From assembly GCF_009914755.1 (NCBI RefSeq), contig NC_060940.1: 64,000 bases of DNA; one strand, written 5' to 3'. Below the pieces are notes generated by a model, which saw nothing but the letters and a program-made list of their open reading frames with translations, did no database searches and was not told where the DNA came from. This document shows, in pieces, positions 1-15,909 of the stretch. The stretch's first letter is position 1, and the number at the start of each line of letters is the position of its first letter. Both the position numbers and the translations under genes were made by a program. This stretch comes from the human T2T-CHM13v2.0 reference genome, Homo sapiens.

Positions 1-184
1 CTCAGCCTCCCGTGTAGCTGGGACTACAGGCACGCGCCACCATGCCCGGCTAATTTTTGTATTTTTAGTAGAGACGGGGTTTCACCATGTTAGCCAGGAT
101 GGTCTCGATCTCCTGACCTCGTGATCCGCCCGTCTCGGCCTCCCAAAGTGCTGGGATTACAGGCGTGAGCCACTGCGCCCGGCC
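1..184 (-). mobile_element. Alu, AluYg6-like (cut by window start)
   Basis: Diagnostics on the sense strand: GAGACGGGC, GGGCATGGTGGCGCG, CTACACGGGAG. Confidence 0.8.
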
Positions 185-199
185 CACATACAATCTTTT

Positions 200-1620
200 A
201 TACTTACAAATTTATTTACCATTTCCCGTGCCATTTATTCCTTATAGGTTCAAGTTGCCATCTGGTGTCATATCCTTTTATCTTAAAAGCATTTTCTTTA
301 GTGTTTCTTTAGCAAGGATAAGTTCTCTTTATTTTTATTTATCTGGAAATGTCTTTATTTCAGCTCCATTTTTGAAGGATCATTTAAATGGATACAGAAT
401 TTTTAATTGACAGTTATTTTTCCCTCCACTTTTGAAATGTCGCTTCATAAGGCCTCCATTTTTTTCAGATAAAAATGCCAGTATTGATAATATTATTGTT
501 CCCCTGTATGTGATAAGTCATCCCTTGCTACTTTCATGATTTTCTTATTATCCTTGGTTTTCACCAATTTGACAAGGATGGCTCTAGGTGTGAATCTCTT
601 TGTGTTTATCCTACTTGAGATTTGTTGGACTTCTTATATCTGAAGATTAATGTTTTTCGTAGCATTTTTGAAGTTTTCAGACATTATGTTTTCAAATATT
701 TTTCTGTCCTCTTATCTCTCTCTTCTCCTGGAATTCCCATTATGCATATGGTAGTGCTCTTGATGGTATCCCATAAGTTTCTGAGGATCTCTTTATTATC
801 CTTCATTCTTTTTTCTTTTTGTTCTTCAGATTGATTAACCTCTACTGGTCTATCTTCAAGTTCACTGATACTTTCTTTCACAAGGTCAAATATGCTATTG
901 AACCTCGTTAGTGATTTTTTCACTTTAACTGTTGTACTTTTCAATTCTAGATTCTATTTTTAAACATATTCTGTCTCCTTATTCATATTCTCTATTAGAC
1001 AGCACATTATCATATTTTTAATTTGAACATATTTATAATATATACTTTCAAAACTTTCTTTCTAAATCCAATATCTGAATTGAGACAGTTTCTATTCACT
1101 GCTTTTTTTCCAGAGTATGAGCCATATTTTCCTGTTTCCTTACATGTCTGATAATTTTTAATTGAAAACTAAACACTTTAATTACACATTATAGCAAATC
1201 TGGATTTGGTTTTTATTTGTTATTGTCTTTGTTGTTGTTATGTTTTGGTAATTGGCCTATACTTGTGCTGTGTAATCCTTCTGCCCAGTGGTTTTCAGCA
1301 TTGATGTCTTTTATATTGTGTTGTTGTTGTTATTGTTGTTTTAGCCTGTCTTTCTAGGGATTTCCTTTGTGTCTGTTGCATAGCTTGATTTTTGAGAGAC
1401 ATTATATTAAAGCTAGTAAGGCTTCCACTCTCTGCCAAATAATCTGTGGGTGGGTGGGTGAATGCATTCAAAGTTGCAATTAATACTCAAGTCTTACTTC
1501 ATTTTTACTTTTTGTCATACTATCTTGAGTCTTTCCTGCACTTCCATACTTTTCCAATCGGCAATACGTGTGGAGAACTTTTCTCAAACTTTTTATGATT
1601 CTCTCCTTTCCAGGATTTCT
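200..1620 (-). mobile_element. Ancient L1 (L1M-type) ORF1/5' region
   Basis: ORF 684..944 (…ESISELEDRPVEVNQSEEQKEKRMK…LRNLWDTIKSTTICIMGIPGEE…) is L1 ORF1p-like; boundaries approximate. Confidence 0.7.
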
Positions 1621-1649
1621 CTCTCTCTCTCTTTTTTTTTTTTTTTTTA

Positions 1650-2040
1650 GTAATACTCAGGTTTTTAATTTATTATAGTGAATGGATACAAAGCAAAATT
1701 AGCAAAGGGAAAAAGTTGTATGTGGTAAAGTCTGGAGGATACCAGGCATGAGCTTCCTGGAATCATCTCCTGTGGAGTTACAAGGATGTGTTTCTCTTTC
1801 CCAGCATGAAATTTTGACAGCACATGTGCAATGTCATCTACCAGGACCAGAGTCTCATTAGAGACTCAGTTCTCAGGATTTTACGGAGGTTACTCTCCTT
1901 CACATGTACCAGAATTCCAGACTCTCAGAGGAAAAGCAGCTGTTCAGAGTAAACCACATTGTTTGTATAAACAGTTTAGGCATAGTGAGCCACTCTTCTC
2001 AGTGAGAGAATTGGAACTTGGAACTGGAAAACTCTAGCCT
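1650..2040. mobile_element. MER21-type LTR fragment
   Basis: aattccagactctcagaggaaaagcagctgttcagagtaaaccacattgtttg…agtttaggcatagtgagccact resembles MER21B; from memory. Confidence 0.55.
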
Positions 2041-2050
2041 AGCATGTGGG

Positions 2051-2077
2051 TCTTTCTTTTCTTTCTTTCTTTCTTTC

Positions 2078-2125
<48 letters not shown>

Positions 2126-2199
2126 TTTTCTTTCTTTCTTCTTTCTTTCTCTCTTTCTCTCTCTCTCTTTCTTCCTCTTTCTTTCTTTGTTTCTTTCTC

Positions 2200-2275
<76 letters not shown>

Positions 2276-2277
2276 TC
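2051..2277. repeat. Compound (TTTC)n/(TC)n microsatellite, derived from an L1 tail
   Basis: ~227-bp almost pure polypyrimidine tract directly abutting an L1PA 3' end. Confidence 0.95.
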
Positions 2278-2366
2278 ACTTTGAGTTCCAGGATACATGT
2301 GCAGAACATTCAGGTTTGTTACACAGGTATACATGTGCCATGGTGGTTTGCTGCATCTATTGACCC
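2278..2366 (-). mobile_element. Very short 5'-truncated L1PA 3' end
   Basis: ctttgagttccaggatacatgtgcagaacattcaggtttgttacacagg… is the L1PA 3' terminus. Confidence 0.8.
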
Positions 2367-2640
2367 TCAGGATCTCTCACTTAAATTTTTGTCTTGTCTT
2401 CCACTTCCCCAGTTGAAACTGCAACCTCAGACTAGCAAATCTGCAATTCTCTCTGTTCATTCCCAAACCACTCTGCTATATTTAACTGGCAAAACCATTG
2501 ATTTCTTCCCTCTGCTCCATACCAAATCCACCCGTGCCCCCAGCCCTAACAGGAAAGCTGCTGGGTTTTACATCCAGCTTCAAACTGGTAAAACTACAGT
2601 TTTCCCCAACTGAGCTTGGGGGTGAGAAGAGAGATGGGAG

Positions 2641-2995
2641 TGTATTAGTCTGTTTTCATTCTGCTAATAAAGACATACCCAAGACTGGGAAGAAAAAGAG
2701 GTTTAACTGGACTTATAGTTCCAGGTGGCTGAGGAGACCTCAGAATCATGGCAGGAGGTGAAAGGCACTTCTTACATGGTGGTGGCAAGAGAAAATGAGG
2801 AAGTTGCAAAAGCGGAAACCCCTGATAAAGCCATCAGATCTTGTGAGACTTATTCACTACCACGAGAACAGTATGGGGGGGAACCACCCCCATGATTCAA
2901 TTATCTCCCACGAGGTCCCTCCCACAACACATAGGAATTATGGGAGTATAATTCAAGATGAGATTTGGATGGGGACACAAAGCCAAACTATATCA
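2641..2995 (-). mobile_element. THE1 (MaLR) solo LTR, THE1A/B-like
   Basis: tgtattagtc…aaactatatca with perfect 5-bp TSD GGGAG (2636-2640, 2996-3000). Confidence 0.9.
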
Positions 2996-4506
2996 GGGAG
3001 AAACCCCCGTCAGGAAGGGCTCAGACTTTTACCAATCCTACCCAAAACCCTAACACTTTTTTCAAGAATAAATGCTTCTTAAATTTGATAACTGCCTTTG
3101 ATGAGTTTTCAGGGTCCTGAAATTATTGTTTTTGGTATTTCTGCAATTTTTGGGGGGAGTTTTGGTGTGGAAATAAATTGCCAACCTTTTCATGTCACTT
3201 CCCAACCTTATCTTTATATCCTCTGATTAACAATTTTCATTAGTAATGTGTTACACAACAAATACTTGTTTAGACTAACCTACATTTTACCAATTTCTTT
3301 GCACATTGTTCCATCTTTTCTGGTTCTATGTCATATTTCTAAAGCATATCTTTCAGTAGATTTTTCCCTGGTAAAAAATGGCATATGTTCTTAAATGTAT
3401 TTGTTTGACAATATCTTTCATTTGTCTTTTGTTCGAGTGACAGTTAACTGGCTACAGAATTCAGCACTGAATGTTTTATTTATCTCTGTACTTTGAAGAC
3501 TTTATTTAATTATCTTCCAACTTCTATTGTTGCTAAGAATTGAGAATCTGCTCTATTGTTTATTCAATTATGATTAATCTCTCTTTCTCTGTCTAGATTA
3601 TTTAAGATTTTATTTTTGCCTTTGGTAGTCTATAGTTTCTCAACATTTTATCTAAGTATCTATTTTTACTTAATCATGATTAGAACTCATTTGACTTCCT
3701 GTGTCCAAATCAATAAAAACCCTAATCAATTCTGTAAAATTTGAAGCCAGTTTTCTTCTCAAATATTATATCTTCTTCATTCTTTCAATGGATGTTTCTG
3801 AAACTACCATTAGTTGTGTTTTAGATCTTTTCCATAATCTAAATCTCTCATTTTCCACCTCGTTTTTTTGTGTGTGTGCTATGCTCTTAAATAATTTCCT
3901 CATATCTACTACTTTGCTGTGTTCTCTCTTCAGCTTTGCCTAGATTGCTATTTGGGTACTTAGTGGGTTTTTTTCAGTTGAGTAAATTTTAAAGTTTTTT
4001 CTAGATGTTCTATTTAATTATTTTACAATACTTTCAAGTAATTTCTTCTTCTCATGTCTCCAATTTTTAAAAATTTTCTCTAGTCCCTTAGAAAATACAT
4101 ATTTTATAGTGTCTATCTAGTGGTTCTATTAGCTGAGGTTTTTAGACATCTAATCCCATTCTTTATTGTATCTGTTAACTTTTGCTCATGGGATATTTCT
4201 TCTTATTTTAAGTTCAGATTCACTTGGCTTTACCTTTGAGACTTTATGCAGTCTGGGATCAGGTGTGTCTATTAGAGATTTTTTGAATTAGCATCTACTA
4301 AGTTTTCTAGGGATACTTCAATGCAGGGACACTTTTATGGTAGGTTTAGAACTTTGGGATCCCTAACCTGTGCACGTAATGTAATTTGAGCCCTACGCAT
4401 AAGTTGGATGAGGCCAGTTTTACATATGAATTCTCAAAAAAGACTTTGCCACCCAGAGACCAGCTAAGACAAACTGCCTTGTCTTCTCAATTTGTCAGTA
4501 GGATGA

Positions 4507-4849
<343 letters not shown>

Positions 4850-5565
4850 ATTATTTTAGTAAGAGTTTAGCTCTCCAAGGCTTCCAGTTTTGCAGGATGA
4901 CAATAATCAGAGGGGAGGAGGAAAAAAACTTTGTTCTAACTTTCTGCCTGGAGTGAGTCAAAATCCTCCTCCTCTACCCTGGCAAATTCTATACAGCCAG
5001 AAAGGGTCCATAGCTAAAAAGTTCATGTAAGCTGTTTTAAGAATATTAAAAGCATTAGCAATTATGATTCATAGCAAATAAAGGTAGCCATTTAATTAGC
5101 AAATGGAAATTTACCATGTTATTGTCTGTCCTTTACAGAAACCTGTGGATTCCTCAGTGAGTAGCACCTAGTTGTCAGAAACAAGATGTCTAGTAACTTA
5201 TACCTACTCATCTTAATCTACCTCTACCTCCTACACATAATCTAAAATACTTTATATTTATTCCCACAAAATCTAGGTTCATTTCTTCCAGCCATTTCCT
5301 CCTATAATACATTTATGCCAAATATCAGTTGAATTATCCTTTCAATAAAAAGATTTAGCAGGTTCCTGTTAAAAGATTTGGCACCTTGACACTGTGATCT
5401 TCAATAATGTTGTGAATTCTTATCACAGCCAATCATCCTCTTATTTTCCATCCTGATGAAAAAGCTATTTTAAAATATAAAATGAAGTAAATCTCATCAT
5501 ATTGCCATGATGTTTTTAACTATCATATATTATAAGTTAACATTTTCAAGAGTTCACATATAGGT

Positions 5566-5875
<310 letters not shown>

Positions 5876-6125
5876 CACATATAGTTTTTAAATATTTTTA
5901 AAGTGAAAACACTTTGTTTAAAACCTACTTCATAAATTGACAGGTTATTTGGAATATATGTTAAGCAGATATCTCTTTCACCAAACTAGTAAGCAATGTT
6001 GATCTATACCATGTATCATTTTATAGAACTGGCTATTAGTATATATGATAAAAGAGAATTGATCATTTGTTTGTATACATCTATGTGTATATAGATATAT
6101 AGCTGTACACTTTTTTGTATTTCAG

Positions 6126-6296
6126 GAGTTACACTGTTTGTGATATGGTGTATGACCTGGTCAATCTTAGGCTCTGAAGCTCTCCCTAGTGGAAATTTAT
6201 TTGGATTGTTAATTATTTTTTATAGTGCCATTATTGGGGGAAAAATTTTACAACTCATTAGAATACCTTTAGTGCCTCCACTTCCACCTCTTCTTG
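6126..6296 (+). pseudogene. SLC9B1: SLC9B1-like exon (probable exon 4)
   Basis: ttcag|GA GTT ACA CTG… encodes (G)VTLFVIWCMTWSILGSEALPSGNLFGLLIIFYSAIIGGKILQLIRIPLVPPLPPLL; donor G|gtaagt; 171 nt. Confidence 0.93.
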
Positions 6297-6589
6297 GTAA
6301 GTATATAATTAGCTCTCTTTTCTTTATTATTGATTATATGCAAATTTTGAACATTTTCTTGTTGAATTAGTTATAATTCAGAAATATTTCAATGTAGTAT
6401 GTTTTATATAGTTTCTTCATGTGTGTATTTGCTGTATGTGTGTGTGTGTGTGTGTGTATAGCTCTTTTATAGGGGCATTTATTTCTCTCTCTGTCTACAT
6501 ATATACACACACAAGTTTTATCCAAAATTTATTTTAAAAATAAATTTAATATCCTTAGTACATTATTCCTGTTGCTTTATTGTTTAATA

Positions 6590-7195
6590 GAATCTTTAAA
6601 AATTTTAGATTCACGGAGTACATGTGCAGGTTTGGTACATGGATATGTTGCATAATGGTGAGATTTGGGCTCTAGTGAACCCATCATCAAACAGTGAATA
6701 CTATACCCAATAGGAAATTTTTCAACCTTAACTCTCCAACCCTCTCTCCTTTTGGACTCCTCAGTGTCTATTATTTCCATCTTTATGTCCATATGTACCC
6801 ATTGTTTAGCTACCACATATAAGTGAGAACATGTGGTATTTGAGTTTTCTGTTTCTGAGTTATTTCACTTAGGATAATGGTGTTCAGCTCTATCCATGTT
6901 GCTACAAAGGATATGATGCCATTCTTTTTTATGACTGCATAGTATTCCATGGTGTATATGTAACACATTTTCTTTATTTAGTCATTTAAGTTGATTCCAT
7001 GTCTTTTTATTGTGAATAGTGCCACAATGAACATATGTGTGTATATGTCTTTATGGAAGAATGATTCACATGTTGAACCATCCTTGTATTTCTGGAGTAA
7101 AACCCACTTAACTATATTATCTCTTTGATGTACTATTGAATTGATTTTGCTAGTTGAGAATTTTTGCATCTCTGTTCATCAGGGATATTGACCAG

Positions 7196-7241
<46 letters not shown>

Positions 7242-7330
7242 CTTTGCCTGATTTGGGTATAATTGTGATACTAGATTCGTAGAATGTGTTAGGGAGGGAG
7301 TCCCTCCTTGATTTTTTTGGATTAAGTTTC
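6590..7330 (-). mobile_element. L1PB-type 3' end joined to an ORF2 segment, with (TG)n at ~7197-7240
   Basis: L1 3'UTR motifs (ggagtacatgtgcaggtttg…ataagtgagaacatgtgg); jump to ORF2 sequence near 7065. Confidence 0.75.
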
Positions 7331-7332
7331 AG

Positions 7333-7905
7333 TCACCTTTGACCCTGAACTAGTATTCTAGTGGATTGTACAATGACCCTGAACTAGTGGATTGTACAAT
7401 GAATAAATGAATGAATATAAATTATTGCAAAATAAAATTTTGTTAAGTATATGATAACCATACAAATGCAAGACAATAAACAATGTGATGTGAAAACTCT
7501 CAGCCAGCCTACCATATTTGTGTTTGTTTTTGAACTGTATAGTGGGAGGAGGTGCTCCTTACAATTTTCACTTTGTAAACATTTATTCTTTGATTTTAAC
7601 CATCACTGCTATAACCACCGTCACTCGTGGATTCATCAAAAATTAAGTAAAGAATTATCTTATTTATTTTATAAAACTTTGTAAAATGTATGTAGAGCTC
7701 AAATTTATTTCATTGTTTAATACTAGAAGTGTTTTGGATCTTTATTTAGAAGTTTGATGATGTTTTGTGACCAGAAATATGCTGTAGGAAATTGACTCTT
7801 GTTCATATCATTTAGACTATGCTAAAATTGGTTTTATTATATACCATTTTACTCAAAGTTGCCATTTCCAATCACCTATCGACGATGCTGAGTGAGAACT
7901 TACTG
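7333..7905 (-). mobile_element. MER6-like TcMar-Tigger DNA transposon fragment
   Basis: Terminus …gacgatgctgagtgagaacttactg followed by TA; internal ggaggaggtgctccttacaattttc motif; from memory. Confidence 0.7.
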
Positions 7906-7921
7906 TATTCAAATATATCTA

Positions 7922-8205
<284 letters not shown>

Positions 8206-8796
8206 ATATATATTCAGTACACTGTCAGTAGAGATAATCTCTACATCTTATCCCTGCTGTCCCTTCTGTATCCACAGTTTTCTTGCAGCACCTTCTAAGT
8301 ATTTATTGAATCATTTTCCTCCTCTCCAAACTTTCTCTTTTGCTCTAGCTTAGGCTATTTGTTTCCAACTTTTGCGTGGACTGTGACGGAGCCTTCAATT
8401 TGGTCTCTGTCTCCAGTTTTATCCCTAACTAATTCACCAAGACCCTCATATAAAAATCGCAAGACTCATTATATTACTTCCTGCCTAAAACCTTCCCATG
8501 GTGCCTTACTTTGCCAAAGTGGGGGGAGACCTTTCTATGATCTGGCCCACCAAGCTCATTCTCCTCCCTCCTTTCCTTGCCCTGTATGTTCCAGCAACAC
8601 TAAATTACTTGTTGAACCCCATTTAGGTGTATTGTTTATCGCCATTCCTTTATTCATGCTGCCTTCTCTACTTGCTTGTAACCTGCCCTTTACCAAAATA
8701 ATGAGAGACATAGTGCATTAGAAAATAAAGTAAACATTTCTGTTTTCTTTCTCAGAAAAATGAACTGTCATGTATGTTTATTTTCTTTCTTTTAAG

Positions 8797-8939
8797 GGAT
8801 GTTACTGGCTGGATTTACAATTAGGAATGTTCCATTCATCAGTGAACACGTCCATGTTCCTAACGCATGGTCTTCAATTTTAAGAAGCATTGCCCTTAAC
8901 ATTATTCTAATACGAGCTGGGCTTGGACTCGATCCACAG
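8797..8939 (+). pseudogene. SLC9B1: SLC9B1-like exon (probable exon 5)
   Basis: ttaag|GG ATG TTA… encodes (G)MLLAGFTIRNVPFISEHVHVPNAWSSILRSIALNIILIRAGLGLDPQ; donor CAG|gtagat; 143 nt. Confidence 0.93.
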
Positions 8940-9070
8940 GTAGATTTACAATTACAAATCGAGTAAGGTTATTTCAAATATTAGAGGATGGTGAGAAAGA
9001 AAAAGAAGCAAAAATTGTATTTACCTGTTCCAAGTGGAGTCTGTAAACAAACCTAAGATAAAGAAAAAAA

Positions 9071-9360
<290 letters not shown>

Positions 9361-10044
9361 CTACAGGATTATGTTCCTGATTATCTTTGCATTATTGTAA
9401 AATCTAATCTTTTAAAGCATTTCTTAAAATATTACATGCTAGGGATCATAAATCCCATCTATAAGAAGATGACTATTCATGAATGTGACAGCCACTCAAA
9501 TAAATGTGGCAAATGTGGTTTAATAGAAATAGCTCAAGAGCATAAATAATTATAGCCAATGAGATTATATTCTCCAGCAGAAAGTATGAACCAAGGAGAA
9601 AATTGAAAAGTTCTCCCTTTTAAAATGAATTATGCAGTTTTTAAGTTATTTTCTTTGGCATGTTAGTGTTGTATTTATACTTATTAAGTTAATCAAAGAG
9701 TTCATATCAAAAAGTTAATGGGAAAACACTACAAGGACACTATTATTATACTATGTATTAGGAAAGTTCAGGAAGGTAGCATTAGCTATTTAATCACAGT
9801 AAAATTAATATTTTAATAATTAAAATACAATAATATTTTATAAAAGATGAAATTGTTTATAATCCAACATATGATGACTTATAAAATATAATAGAGATCA
9901 AAGTCCAGTGGGGCAATCTGTTGAAATGAGATTTTGTTTAGTGAAAGCTTCTTATGAAAAAAGACTTTATAGTCCAACATTTGTTAAAATAATTTTCTTG
10001 TTGGCCACTGTAAATGCATCAAATGTGACTGTTTTGTGTTTCAG

Positions 10045-10172
10045 GCTTTGAGACATTTGAAGGTGGTTTGTTTCAGATTGGCTGTAGGTCCATGCCTTAT
10101 GGAGGCAAGTGCAGCTGCTGTTTTTTCCCACTTCATTATGAAATTTCCCTGGCAATGGGCAATTCTATTAGG
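10045..10172 (+). pseudogene. SLC9B1: SLC9B1-like exon (probable exon 6)
   Basis: ttcag|GCT TTG AGA… encodes ALRHLKVVCFRLAVGPCLMEASAAAVFSHFIMKFPWQWAILL(G); donor GG|gtaatt; 128 nt. Confidence 0.93.
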
Positions 10173-11399
10173 GTAATTTCTTTCTCATTTTTTCTTATGA
10201 AAATATTCAATTAAGGATGCTTGTTTAAAACTGTTAAAACATTCAGAATATTGTATAGAAAATCTCTATTAAAATTCATTTCACAGTGTTAAAATCCTTG
10301 GAAAGCAGTTGATTAAAAGCAGAGAATGTCCCAAATTGCACGAAATTTTTTTAACAAACATTCATAGCCCCTAAATGTTTATCATAAAGAAAATTCACGT
10401 GATCAATTTATTCCTTTTCATCTGTATTATAACATATCTGTATGTTTTAGTCTATCTAATGGCCTCTTCCTCATAGCTATATGTAAATACAGTTGCACAT
10501 TTCATATATATGTATGTGTGTATATATATATTTGAGAAACATTTTATATAGACATAGGTGTATAAATATAAACTCTCCCATTTTAAAGAAAGCAAGCAAA
10601 CAAAATCTCTTGCCGTATATCCAATGCCCCATCCATCTTTATTTACCATCCATTTATCTTATGTTTGAATTCCTCAAAATAAGTCTATAACTACTGTCTC
10701 TAGATCCTAACTCCTTTTCATTTCTTAATTCATCAACTTTTGTCTCTGCTTATCCATTCCAATGACACTCATAGCAAAGTTCATCCATTACATAGTTACT
10801 ACAAAATCCAGTGAATTTTTAAATTAATGTTTATGATTAAATACTCAAATGCACTTTTATTTTAAAAATTAGAACTTTATAAATAAAGGAGGAATGACCT
10901 TAAACTATGCCTTCAAATCATAATGCCTGTAACTCTACCCAAAGTGACAACTCTTAGGAGTTTTTTTCTTCTCCAATTTTTATTTTGGCTCAAGGGGTAC
11001 ATGAGCAGGCTTGTTATATGGATAAATTGCATGTCACAGGGATTTGGTATGCAGATTATTTTGTCACCCAGGTTGTAAGTATAATACCCAATAGGTAGTT
11101 TTTCTATTCTCCCCCTCCTTCCACCCTCCACCCTCAAATTCACCTAGTGACGATTGTTCCCTTCTTTCTGTCCATGTGTACTCAGTGTTTAGCTCCCACT
11201 TATAAGTGAGAATATGGGATATTTGGTTTCCTGTTCCTGTGTTAATTCACTTTGCGTATTGGCCTCAACTCCATCCACGTTGCTCCAAAGGACATGATCT
11301 CGTTCTTTCTTATGGCTGTGTATTATTCTATGGTGTATATGTGCCACATTTTCTTTATCTAGTTCACCATTGATGGGCATTTAGGTTGATCTCTTGTCT

Positions 11400-13831
<2,432 letters not shown>

Positions 13832-15878
13832 TGACTTTTTAATAATAGCCATTCTGCCTCCTGTGAGGTTGTATCTCATTGCACTTTTGTTTTGCATTTC
13901 TCCAATGATTAGTGATGTTGAATATTTTTTCGTATACTTGTTGACTACGTGTTTGTCTTCTTTTGAGAAGTGTCTTGTCCTGTCCTTTGCGCATTTAATG
14001 AGGTTGTTAGATTTTTGCTTGTTGATTTTTCTAAGTTCTTTTTGGATTCTGGATATCAGACTTTTGTCGAATGCATGGTTTGCAAATATTTTCTTCCATT
14101 CCATAGGTTGTTTGTTGATGATATCTTTTGCTGTGCAGAAGCCCTTTAGTTTAATTAGGTCCCATTTGTCAATTTTTGTTTTTGTTGCAATTGCTTTTGG
14201 CATCTTTGTCATAAAGTGTTTTCCAGAATTGAAATTTCCTAGGATATGTCCAGAATGGCCTGTATCCAGAATGGTATTTCTTAGGCTATCTTCCAGGGTT
14301 TTTATAGTTTTGGGTTTTACACTTAAGTCTTTAATCTACCTTGAGTTGATTTTTGTAAACAGTGAAACGTATGGAGTCCAGTTTCAATTTTCTGCATACG
14401 GCTAGCCAGTTATCCCACCACAATTTCCAAGTAGGGATTCCCTTCCCCATTGCTTGTTTTTGTCAAGTTTGTTGAAGAGTAGATGGCTATAGGTGTGTGG
14501 CTTTATTTCTGCGTTCTGTAACTTGTTCCACTGGTCTATGTCTGTTTTTGAGTTCCTTATAGATTCTGGATATTAGTACTTTGCTGGGTGCATAGTTTGT
14601 AAAGATTTTCTCCCACTCTATAGGTTGTCTTTTTACTCTGCTGATTATTTATTTTGCTGAGCATAACCATGCTGTTTTGCTTACTGTAGCATTGTAGTAC
14701 AGTTCGAAGTCAGGTAGTGTGACGCTTTTGACTTTGTTCTTTTTGCTTAGGATTGCTTTGGCTATTTGGGCTTTTTTTTTTTTTTGGCTCCAAATGAATT
14801 TTAGAATGCTTTTTTTTTAATCCTGTGAAAAATGTCATTGGTGTTATGATAGGAATAGCATTGACTCTGTAAATAGCCTTAGACAGTATGGCCATTTTAA
14901 CAATATTGCTTCTTCCTATCTGTGATCATGGAATGTTTTCCTTTTGTTTCTGTTGTCTCTGATTCTTTGAGCACTCGTTTGTAATTTTCATTTTAGAGAT
15001 TTTTCACCTCCCTGCTTAGCTGTATTCCAAGGTATTTTGTAGTTTTTTTTGTGGCTACTGTGAATGGGATTGCATTCTTGATTTGGCTGTCAGCTTGGAT
15101 GTTGTTGCTGTATAGAAATGCTACAGATTTGTGTACATTAATTTTTGTATCCTGAAACTTTGCTGAAGTCATTTGTCAGATCTGGGAGCTCTCGAGAGGC
15201 TACTATGGGGTTTTCTTGGTATAAAAGTGTTTCACCCAAGAAGAGGCATAGTTTGACTTCCATTCTTCGTATTTAGATGTCTGTGTTTCTTTCTCTTGCC
15301 TAATTGCACTGGCTAGGACATCCAGCACTATGTTGAATAGGAGTAGTGAGAGTGGGCATCCTTGTCTTGTTCCAGTTCTCAAAGGGAATATTCCAGCTTT
15401 TTCCCATTCAGTATGAAGTTGGCTGTGGGTTTGTCATAAATGGCTTCAATTATTTTGAGGTATGCTCCTTCAGTAACTCATTTGTTGAGGGTTTATATCA
15501 AGAAGGGATGTTTTTATTTTTAGTTCTATTTTATGATGAATCACATTTATTGGTTTGTATATCTTGAACCAAACTTGCATCCCAGCAATAAAGCTTACTT
15601 GATCATAGTGGACTAGCTTTTTGATATGCTGCTGGATTCAGTTGGCTTGTATTTTGTTGAGGATTTTTGCATCTATGATTATCAGTGATAACTGTCCTGA
15701 AGTTTTCTTTTTTGCTGTGTCTCTGCCAGGTTTTCATATCTGAATGATGCTGACCTCATAAAATGAGTTAGGGAGGGATCCTTCCTCCTCATTTTTTCAG
15801 AATAATTTCAGTAGCATTGGTACCAGCTCTTCTTTACACTTCTGGTAGAATTTGTCTGTGAATCTGTTGGGTCCTGGG

Positions 15879-15909
<31 letters not shown>

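Noticed and set aside
1999-2613. K/E/R-rich and F/L/S-rich ORFs up to 189 aa
   Set aside because: Translations of the (TTTC)n microsatellite.
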